NCBI GenBank assembly: GCA_016699085.1
Contig: CP064958.1
Span: 271,630 to 335,629 of the forward strand
Direction: 5' to 3'
Origin: Candidatus Nomurabacteria bacterium
GTDB taxonomy: Bacteria > Patescibacteriota > Minisyncoccia > Phycocordibacterales > UBA9973
DNA: 64,000 bases
The position numbers were made by a program, and so were the translations under genes. Of this stretch, positions 58,012 to 64,000 are shown one piece after another (the stretch's first letter is position 1; each line of letters starts with the position of its first letter). A model generated the notes under the pieces. That model was not told the DNA's origin, ran no database searches, and was given only the letters and a program-made list of their open reading frames with translations.

Positions 58012-58170
58012 CTCTATCCTAAGTCGTATTTTATGAAAATGAAATACGACTTTTTCTTATAGTCAGTAAACTTAAAGTTTATTAATTTATAATAACAAAC
58101 AATAAATTATATATCTGTCAATATTCCTGCTATGCTTATCACAAAATAAGTTCACTAAAAATCAAACAAG

Positions 58171-58740
58171 ATGAAAGAAAAATATTATGTAATAGCATCC
58201 ACTGCCTTCTTGTTGGTCTTGATTACTGTTTTGGTCTCTTTACCTTCTTGTGGTTTCCATCTGGTGAAATTTGGGTCACAACGCGCTTTCATTATGAAAA
58301 CTGGGAAAATAGTTTCAGTTCGTAGTGTTCCGACAGATAAGGAAATCGGGGATACAATCATTGTGTTCCATACTAGTGACCAATCAGATACAACATATGT
58401 TTGGATAGAAGATGACTTTGCTCCGACACATGAGCAGGAGGGAATAAAAAATCAAAGCGGTGAGTGTAGGTATAGGGCAATAATCGTCTCTCCTGGCACG
58501 AAACAAGTGACCCCAACTAATGCTTTTACTGTTGATACTTATTCGAGCTCGTATAATCCCAATACAAATTCATTCGAAGTTGGATTCGATGTTAAAGAAA
58601 GAAATACAACAGGAAAGGTTCAGGTATTTGTAAAGCAAGGAGAAGATTGCAGAACAACCAACCATAAGATTTTCGACAGTTTATTAGTAGTAACTCAGTA
58701 TGCAGACACCTACAGATTTATTTCATTTAAAGAACGTTAG
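58171..58740 (+). CDS. Secreted/anchored hypothetical protein
   Basis: N-terminal hydrophobic segment VIASTAFLLVLITVLVSL, a beta-rich body, and a terminator hairpin at 58746..58775. Confidence 0.45.
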   Translation: MKEKYYVIASTAFLLVLITVLVSLPSCGFHLVKFGSQRAFIMKTGKIVSVRSVPTDKEIGDTIIVFHTSDQSDTTYVWIEDDFAPTHEQEGIKNQSGECRYRAIIVSPGTKQVTPTNAFTVDTYSSSYNPNTNSFEVGFDVKERNTTGKVQVFVKQGEDCRTTNHKIFDSLLVVTQYADTYRFISFKER

Positions 58741-58745
58741 GGTTC

Positions 58746-58775
58746 CAAAAAACCAGACAGAATGTCTGGTTTTTT
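58746..58775. terminator. Bidirectional intrinsic terminator
   Basis: AAAAAACCAGACA-gaa-TGTCTGGTTTTTT. Confidence 0.75.
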
Positions 58776-59637
58776 ATATTTTGTCCTCCAGATTTTTAGG
58801 AATGACAAAATTTTTCGTAAAGCGTTTTTTGAGTATATGGGCTTTTGATTTGTTGTGATCGACAAGTATCTTGGACTTCCTGTGCTTGGATAATATTGCT
58901 CGTAGTTTCTTGTCAGCTTCTTCGTCATATACTTTTAGCGCTCTAAACAATATGTCGATTTCATTTGCAACTTTCTCATCATAGCGAGTCGTAATGATAT
59001 AGTCTCCCATCACGACAATATTGTCTGTGAGGGGAAAATTGAAACTCTCATCGATTGCAACTTGGACAGTATCGGTCTGATATTTTTTCTTAAAAGAAAT
59101 TGCCATTGGTGTCTGCACACCAAGTGTTGTGAAGAGTTGGTGCCTTTTCTTCTTGATTAAATCAAATAAGTTATTTTCAGCTTCTGGCCTGTCATACATG
59201 AACCACTCATGATGGTTATAGAAAAATATTGGTTCACCTTTTAGTTCTTCGGCCAACAGTAGAAAAAGATGTGCCCAATAAATATCAAGTTCGGTAGTTG
59301 ATGTGAACGTATATGACTGTATGCGTCCTTCTCGTTTGGAAAGCCTCTTAACAATACCGTATGCACTCTCTGCTTGTTCAACAAATTTGGCAATTTTTGC
59401 AATCCAAACAATATTTAACGATACACGCCGTCCATGTTTTATTACCTGTTCTTCTTTAATAAGCTCACGAAGTGCTTTGTAATAAGCTTGTTTCGTTGCG
59501 TCAAATGGTCTTGCAACTAAATCCATTAATTCGAGGCTATCCTTTTCACCAGCAACAAGCTCAAGTACGATTGCGCCTTTCAACCCTATTACGCTTCCCG
59601 GGAAAATATTGTGAGTAAACTTTTTATTTACTATCAT
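58774..59637 (-). CDS. Hypothetical protein, paralog 2 of the ~300-aa family
   Basis: See the paralog 1 alignment blocks. Confidence 0.55.
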   Translation of the reverse strand: MIVNKKFTHNIFPGSVIGLKGAIVLELVAGEKDSLELMDLVARPFDATKQAYYKALRELIKEEQVIKHGRRVSLNIVWIAKIAKFVEQAESAYGIVKRLSKREGRIQSYTFTSTTELDIYWAHLFLLLAEELKGEPIFFYNHHEWFMYDRPEAENNLFDLIKKKRHQLFTTLGVQTPMAISFKKKYQTDTVQVAIDESFNFPLTDNIVVMGDYIITTRYDEKVANEIDILFRALKVYDEEADKKLRAILSKHRKSKILVDHNKSKAHILKKRFTKNFVIPKNLEDKI

Positions 59638-59715
59638 AATATAACTATCGCATTTTTTGAAATGGTGTCAATAGCATTGTATGCTTAGAAAAATTGTTAA
59701 CTTAAATCAAAACCA

Positions 59716-60105
59716 ATGGCACTCTGCGGATTCAACAAGCAAATGATAGATGGCGTCAAGAATTTTTTTGAAGGCGCTGCTGATCAAATCACTATTCGTG
59801 CTCAAGAAGAAAATATGGTTATTCGAGAAGTAATTGAAAATATTGAGCTACCAGAACTTGATTTTATGATTTCTGAACTTTCACGTTCAGGCAAAGATGA
59901 TGTATTCTTGGGTCTTTCCTATCTAGCGAGAGCACAATACAAAGTTGGACTCAAAGGAGTTAAAGAAGGTGGTGATATAAAAATTGTTTGTAATACATTT
60001 GTCGAAAAAGAAATTCCCCGACTTTTGGAACTTGAGGATAAGTATTATAAAGAATTGCGACCAAAATATGGAATGGAAGAAGCAATAAAAAGAATGTTTT
60101 CGTAA
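59716..60105 (+). CDS. Hypothetical protein
   Basis: 129-aa ORF with a plausible RBS-less start, followed by a strong terminator. Confidence 0.45.
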   Translation: MALCGFNKQMIDGVKNFFEGAADQITIRAQEENMVIREVIENIELPELDFMISELSRSGKDDVFLGLSYLARAQYKVGLKGVKEGGDIKIVCNTFVEKEIPRLLELEDKYYKELRPKYGMEEAIKRMFS

Positions 60106-60108
60106 ATT

Positions 60109-60137
60109 CAAAAACCGACTCATCGAGTCGGTTTTTT
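60109..60137. terminator. Bidirectional intrinsic terminator between 59716 gene and pnp
   Basis: AAAAACCGACTC-atcg-AGTCGGTTTTTTT. Confidence 0.8.
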
Positions 60138-60152
60138 TCTTTTCCAAATTTA

Positions 60153-62333
60153 TTATTGCTCTGGTGGAGGAGTTGGTTTTGGTGGTGTTGGAATAGCTGG
60201 TGGGTACGGATTCTTGATGAAGTCTTTGTCAGCTTCACGGATCGACAGTGATATACGATTGCGTTCTTTATCAACACCGACGACTTTAACCGGTACGCGC
60301 ATGCCTTCTTTCAAAACATCAGTGACGCGGTTCACTCGGAAGCTACCGATCTCAGATATGTGTACGAGACCTTCAGCTTGCATGCCGATTTTGACGATAG
60401 CGCCGACCTCAATAATCTTTACCACTTCTCCTTCATATCGTTCGCCAGGCACATATTCATGCGTCATCTCTTCGATTATTTTTTTAGCTTTTTCAGCGCC
60501 GCCTTCCTTGCCGGTGACATACACTGTGCCATCATCTTCGATGGTGATCTCTGCACCTGTATCTTCGCGAATGGCATTGACTGTTTTGCCGCCTGAGCCG
60601 ATCACCATACCGATTTGATCAGGTCTGATTTTCAATACTAAAATTTTTGGCGCTTTTGGAGAAATATCTGCACGTGGTTTCGGTATCGTCGCCTCCATCA
60701 CATCGAGAATTTCGAGACGTGCTTTCTTGGCTTGGAGAAGGGATTCTTTCAAAATCTCTGGTGGTATGCCGTCGACTTTGATATCGAGTTGGAGTGCGGT
60801 GATACCAACACGAGTGCCTGCAACTTTGAAATCCATATCACCGTAGTGATCTTCGGGACCTTGGATGTCAGTTAGGATTTTATAATTTTTGTGTGACGTT
60901 GTGTCGAGCATGAGTCCCATGGCGATACCTGCGACAGGTCGGCTGATCGGCACACCACCATCCATGAGTGCGATCGATGCAGCACAGATTGATGCTTGCG
61001 ATGTTGAACCGTTCGACGCCATTGATTCTGAGACGACGCGAATTGTGTATGGGAAGTCGAGCTTGTTTGGCATCACTGGCCAGAGTGCTTTTTCTGCGAG
61101 GAAGCCATGTCCCATTTCACGGCGGTTGATACCACCGAGTCGTCCAGTCTCGCCGGCTGAGTACGGTGGGAAGTTGTAATGGTGCATGAAACGTTTCTCA
61201 CCTCTGACTTCCATGCCTTCTTGCATGTACGTATCAGCTGGTCCGCCGAGTGTTAGTACTGATAGTACATGTGTCTCGCCACGATAAAAAATACCTGAAC
61301 CATGGAGCGATGTTGATAGTCCGCCGGCGATCGCTTCGAGTGATCGAACTTGATCCATTGTGCGCAAGTCAGCACGCTTGTTCTCCTCGAGTGCACCTTT
61401 GTGGAGGAATGCATCAACTTCATTACTGAAATAATCTTTTGCAGTTGCGAGGAGTTCTTTATTTTTCTCATCAGCACCATACTTTTCTGCGACGAGTTCG
61501 TTCCATTTGTCTTCGAGTCCATGAATCATTTTCTTACTCTCAGTGCCGAAAAGATCTGTCATCATACTTTTCTCGATATGAGCATGAAACAAGTCTTTGA
61601 TGTCATCTGTTACGGTCGGGACAGCGAAGATTTTTTTCGTTTTGCCGATATCGCTCACGATTTGCTTCTGGAATGTCTCTAGGATTGTGATATGTTTCAC
61701 AGCGAGGTCAAATGCATCACCTAATTCATTTTCAGGAATTTCAAATGCCAATGCTTCGATCATATTGATATGCCCTTCGCGTCCACAGACCGTCAGATCA
61801 AGATCGTACTGTGGTTCACCGCCGGGTGCTACATAGAGATTGATACCGGTATCTGGCACGCCCTTCAATCTGCCAACATGCACAGCACCGACTGGTCCAT
61901 TCCATGGAATATCAGAAACTGCGATCGCAAGTGATGCAGCATTGATGCCCAAGATCGTAGGATCACAGTCACCGAGCGCGATGACTGTTACCACAACCTG
62001 TACGGCATTTTTAATATGGTGCTCAAACAGTGGTCTGATCGTTCGATCGATGACGCGCGATGCGAGGACTGCTTTGTCACTGGGTCGTCCCTCGCGACGG
62101 TTATACTGGCTACCCAATATAGAGCCAGATGCATAAAACTTTTCTAAGTATTCAACAGTCAGGTTAAAAAATCCTGGATTATTATTGCCATCTTTTGACA
62201 TGACAGCAGTAGCCAAGACGACTGTGTTGTCACATTTAAGCATGACTGAACCATGCGCCTGATCAGCCAGATCAGAGAACACGGCCGTAATTGTCCGACC
62301 AGCGAGCTCGAGTGTGTATTCTTTTATTTTCAT
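60153..62333 (-). CDS. pnp: Polyribonucleotide nucleotidyltransferase (PNPase)
   Basis: 726 aa with two RNase PH domains, a KH domain and a C-terminal S1 domain (GERYEGEVVKIIEVGAIVKI), downstream of rpsO. Confidence 0.95.
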   Translation of the reverse strand: MKIKEYTLELAGRTITAVFSDLADQAHGSVMLKCDNTVVLATAVMSKDGNNNPGFFNLTVEYLEKFYASGSILGSQYNRREGRPSDKAVLASRVIDRTIRPLFEHHIKNAVQVVVTVIALGDCDPTILGINAASLAIAVSDIPWNGPVGAVHVGRLKGVPDTGINLYVAPGGEPQYDLDLTVCGREGHINMIEALAFEIPENELGDAFDLAVKHITILETFQKQIVSDIGKTKKIFAVPTVTDDIKDLFHAHIEKSMMTDLFGTESKKMIHGLEDKWNELVAEKYGADEKNKELLATAKDYFSNEVDAFLHKGALEENKRADLRTMDQVRSLEAIAGGLSTSLHGSGIFYRGETHVLSVLTLGGPADTYMQEGMEVRGEKRFMHHYNFPPYSAGETGRLGGINRREMGHGFLAEKALWPVMPNKLDFPYTIRVVSESMASNGSTSQASICAASIALMDGGVPISRPVAGIAMGLMLDTTSHKNYKILTDIQGPEDHYGDMDFKVAGTRVGITALQLDIKVDGIPPEILKESLLQAKKARLEILDVMEATIPKPRADISPKAPKILVLKIRPDQIGMVIGSGGKTVNAIREDTGAEITIEDDGTVYVTGKEGGAEKAKKIIEEMTHEYVPGERYEGEVVKIIEVGAIVKIGMQAEGLVHISEIGSFRVNRVTDVLKEGMRVPVKVVGVDKERNRISLSIREADKDFIKNPYPPAIPTPPKPTPPPEQ

Positions 62334-62460
62334 TATTTTTTGAGATCAAAAAACTTTAGTATTGTTCCTCCACTTACTATGGAACACTACTACCTGTCTT
62401 TTGACCTCGATTATTGCTAATAATTTTAGCCTAGCAGAAAATGGATGATTCTGGAAGTTT

Positions 62461-62504
62461 TTAATAAAAAGAAATTCCCTAACAAATTTGTTCGGGAATT
62501 TCTT
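62461..62504 (-). terminator. Perfect 12-bp hairpin 3' of the NYN gene and within the pnp 5' leader
   Basis: AAAGAAATTCCC-taacaaatttgttc-GGGAATTTCTTT, with an A-run on the plus side (a U-run on the minus transcript). Confidence 0.5.
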
Positions 62505-62506
62505 TG

Positions 62507-63025
62507 TTATCTTCGTCCTTGGCCGAGCAAATATTTCCTTGGATTTTCTGATAGGTCCATGAAGTCATCTGCGACTTCTTTGAGTTTCATTGATGATGAT
62601 TTACCGAATGAGACGACTTCGACTTGGATACCTGAATGAATCTGCAAGTATTCAACGAGCGGGATAAAGTCTCCGTCACCTGCGACGAGTATGATTGCGT
62701 CAAGCTTTGGTGCCATCGTGATCGCATCAACAGCGAGTCCGACGTCCCAGTCGCCTTTCTTGGCGCCGCCCATAAATATTTGGAGGTCTTTGGTCTTAGT
62801 TTCGATGCCCATTTTCGTCAAGGCTTCAAAAAATGCTTTCTCATCACCAGCTTCAGTGTTGATGACGTAGGCGATCGCTCGCACGAGCTGACGGCCCGCA
62901 ACAGCATCTTTGACGATGGCTCCGAAGTTCACTCTCGCTTTATATAAATTGCGTGCGCTGTGGTAGAGATTTTGTGTATCGATAAATACAGCGACGCGTT
63001 GTTCTTTGTGTTTAATAATTGACAT
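62507..63025 (-). CDS. NYN-domain (LabA-like, PIN-fold) protein
   Basis: VAVFIDTQNLYHSA and ILVAGDGDFIPLVEYL are conserved NYN/LabA motifs. Confidence 0.7.
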   Translation of the reverse strand: MSIIKHKEQRVAVFIDTQNLYHSARNLYKARVNFGAIVKDAVAGRQLVRAIAYVINTEAGDEKAFFEALTKMGIETKTKDLQIFMGGAKKGDWDVGLAVDAITMAPKLDAIILVAGDGDFIPLVEYLQIHSGIQVEVVSFGKSSSMKLKEVADDFMDLSENPRKYLLGQGRR

Positions 63026-63075
63026 ATAGTTCTTAGTATAAAAAATTGTTTACTTAATTAGTATTAAAATGTTTC

Positions 63076-63159
63076 GCTTGCAGTATATATTTTTCTCATT
63101 GCGGGGCGCAGTCTGTTAGGTCGCGCTTGTCCTCATTTCGAAAAATATATACTGCAAGC
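63076..63159. repeat. IR-flanked GC-core element (divergent), tandem with copy D
   Basis: Flanks GCTTGCAGTATATATTTTTC / GAAAAATATATACTGCAAGC form a perfect 20-bp IR. Core TCATTGCGGGGCGCAGTCTGTTAGGTCGCGCTTGTCCTCATTTC. Confidence 0.55.
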
Positions 63160-63165
63160 TCGTTG

Positions 63166-63257
63166 CTTGTCTGTAAGAGAATTTTTGTAACGAGGACTGT
63201 TTGAACCTTGTTACCACAAGGTGAGTTCCGCAGTAAAAAAATTTTCTTACAGACAAG
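63166..63257. repeat. Intergenic element family copy D, with a compensatory variant of the internal hairpin
   Basis: Flanks cttgtctgtaagagaattttt / aaaaattttcttacagacaag. Core GTAACGAGGACTGTTTGA-ACCTTGTTACCACAAGGT-GAGTTCCGCAGT. It has the same arms as copies A, B and C, but the hairpin sequence is fully replaced while pairing is preserved. Confidence 0.8.
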
Positions 63258-63316
63258 TAGATTATTCTTCGATTTAGTATAACATCTGCCCGGACGATTG
63301 TTCAGTCGGACGAGGG

Positions 63317-63346
63317 AAAACCGCCCCGCACATGCGGGGCGGTTTT
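63317..63346. terminator. Intrinsic (bidirectional) terminator of rpsO
   Basis: AAAACCGCCCCGC-acat-GCGGGGCGGTTTT, immediately 3' of the rpsO stop. Confidence 0.8.
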
Positions 63347-63352
63347 CAAGCA

Positions 63353-63613
63353 TTACTCTTTGATTTTTTTGAGGGCTTTGGCGTAGCGAGTCTTGTCTTT
63401 CTTCTCGAGATATTTGAGGTGAGTTCGGCGATCAGAAACCATTTTGATAAGTCCACGCCTAGAATGGTTGTCTTTCTTGTGTTTCTTGAGGTGGGTCGCA
63501 AGTTCGCCGATTGAGGCTGAAAGCATGGCAATCTGGACTTCAGGAGAGCCGCTATCTGTAGCATGCGCCTGGTTTTCCTTGATGATTTTCTGTTTTTTCT
63601 TTGTCGTTAACAT
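63353..63613 (-). CDS. rpsO: 30S ribosomal protein S15
   Basis: [51 protein letters not shown] matches the S15 consensus (HKKDHHSRRGLLRMV). Confidence 0.9.
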   Translation of the reverse strand: MLTTKKKQKIIKENQAHATDSGSPEVQIAMLSASIGELATHLKKHKKDNHSRRGLIKMVSDRRTHLKYLEKKDKTRYAKALKKIKE

Positions 63614-63670
63614 GGGGAAATAGTAGCATATTTAAAGGAAAAATGCAAGCCCCCATGCTATACTGACCAT

Positions 63671-64000
63671 ATGAGTGCCTCTATTGATACCTTAAAGCGT
63701 CAATTCCTCGAATATATGGAAATCGAGCGCGGTTCCAGCTTGAAAACCGTTGCCAACTACTCGCACTACCTCACTAAATTTTTTGCCTTTGCCAAAATCA
63801 CCGACGTGAATGCCATAACAGATGATACGGTACGAGAATTTCGTCTGCACCTCAATCGCCAGTCTGGGTCGCGAACTCGCGGCCAGCGGAGCGGTACGAT
63901 GAAGAAAAATACGCAGAACTATTACTTGATTGCCGTTAGGAGATTTCTCAAATACTTGATGAAGCGAGGCATTACGTCGCTTTCTCCTGAGCGGATCGAG
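63671..64000 (+). CDS. Tyrosine recombinase XerC/XerD-like (N-terminal part; runs off window)
   Basis: LKRQFLEYMEIERGSSLKTVANYSHYLTKF is the N-terminal SAM-like core-binding domain of XerC/XerD integrases. No catalytic domain lies inside the window. Confidence 0.7.
   Translation, partial: MSASIDTLKRQFLEYMEIERGSSLKTVANYSHYLTKFFAFAKITDVNAITDDTVREFRLHLNRQSGSRTRGQRSGTMKKNTQNYYLIAVRRFLKYLMKRGITSLSPERIE

Noticed and set aside
1-64000. CRISPR arrays or cas genes
   Set aside because: No regularly spaced direct repeats of 25-40 nt with unique spacers were seen. The only tandem repeats are the coding 132-bp units at 10916-11311.
1-64000. Alternative genetic code (UGA or UAG recoding)
   Set aside because: Long uninterrupted ORFs with correct family-length products (polA, pnp, PBP, dnaA) terminate at standard stops. 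Nothing suggests recoding.

Overview
This is an AT-rich bacterial chromosomal window with compact, mostly operonic gene organisation. Short forms of YebC and YidC, many signal-peptide or C-terminally TM-anchored surface proteins and an apparent lack of SD sequences suggest a reduced-genome, CPR/Patescibacteria-like organism (inference). The standard genetic code is assumed, since long ORFs are intact. Core content: the replication-origin neighbourhood (dnaN and dnaA on the minus strand, divergent from rpmH-rnpA-yidD-yidC-jag; DnaA boxes lie in the dnaA-dnaN spacer), polA, tsaE, ruvB, yebC-ruvC, tyrS, a class A PBP, ksgA, a UvrD/PcrA helicase, comM, rpsO and pnp, a DsbA/DsbB-like pair, one tRNA-Lys(UUU) and a partial xerC/D-like recombinase at the right edge. 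Accessory-looking content: (1) A 12-gene minus-strand cluster (28297-42483) is co-directional with pcrA-ksgA and encodes a Gram-positive-type type IV secretion-like apparatus. It has a VirB4 ATPase split into two ORFs, a VirB3/PrgI-like small membrane protein, a giant VirB6-like polytopic protein, a pilin-like TM pair fused to an SLT-like hydrolase, and several secreted or anchored proteins, with no VirD4, relaxase or integrase in the window. (2) A family of intergenic elements has a near-identical ~50-nt GC-containing core, with compensatory variation in an internal hairpin, embedded in locally unique AT-rich 20-bp inverted repeats. Four close copies and at least five divergent relatives were found, all in 3' intergenic regions. 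(3) A pair of divergent paralogous ~300-aa proteins brackets a 3-gene plus-strand island that includes a membrane-anchored AdoMetDC-like protein. (4) An operon of two very large uncharacterised proteins is preceded by a perfect palindrome of two DnaA-box-like 9-mers. (5) An orphan PilB/GspE ATPase sits next to large surface proteins with tandem Ca-binding-like repeats. No CRISPR array, rRNA, transposase or reverse transcriptase was recognised.
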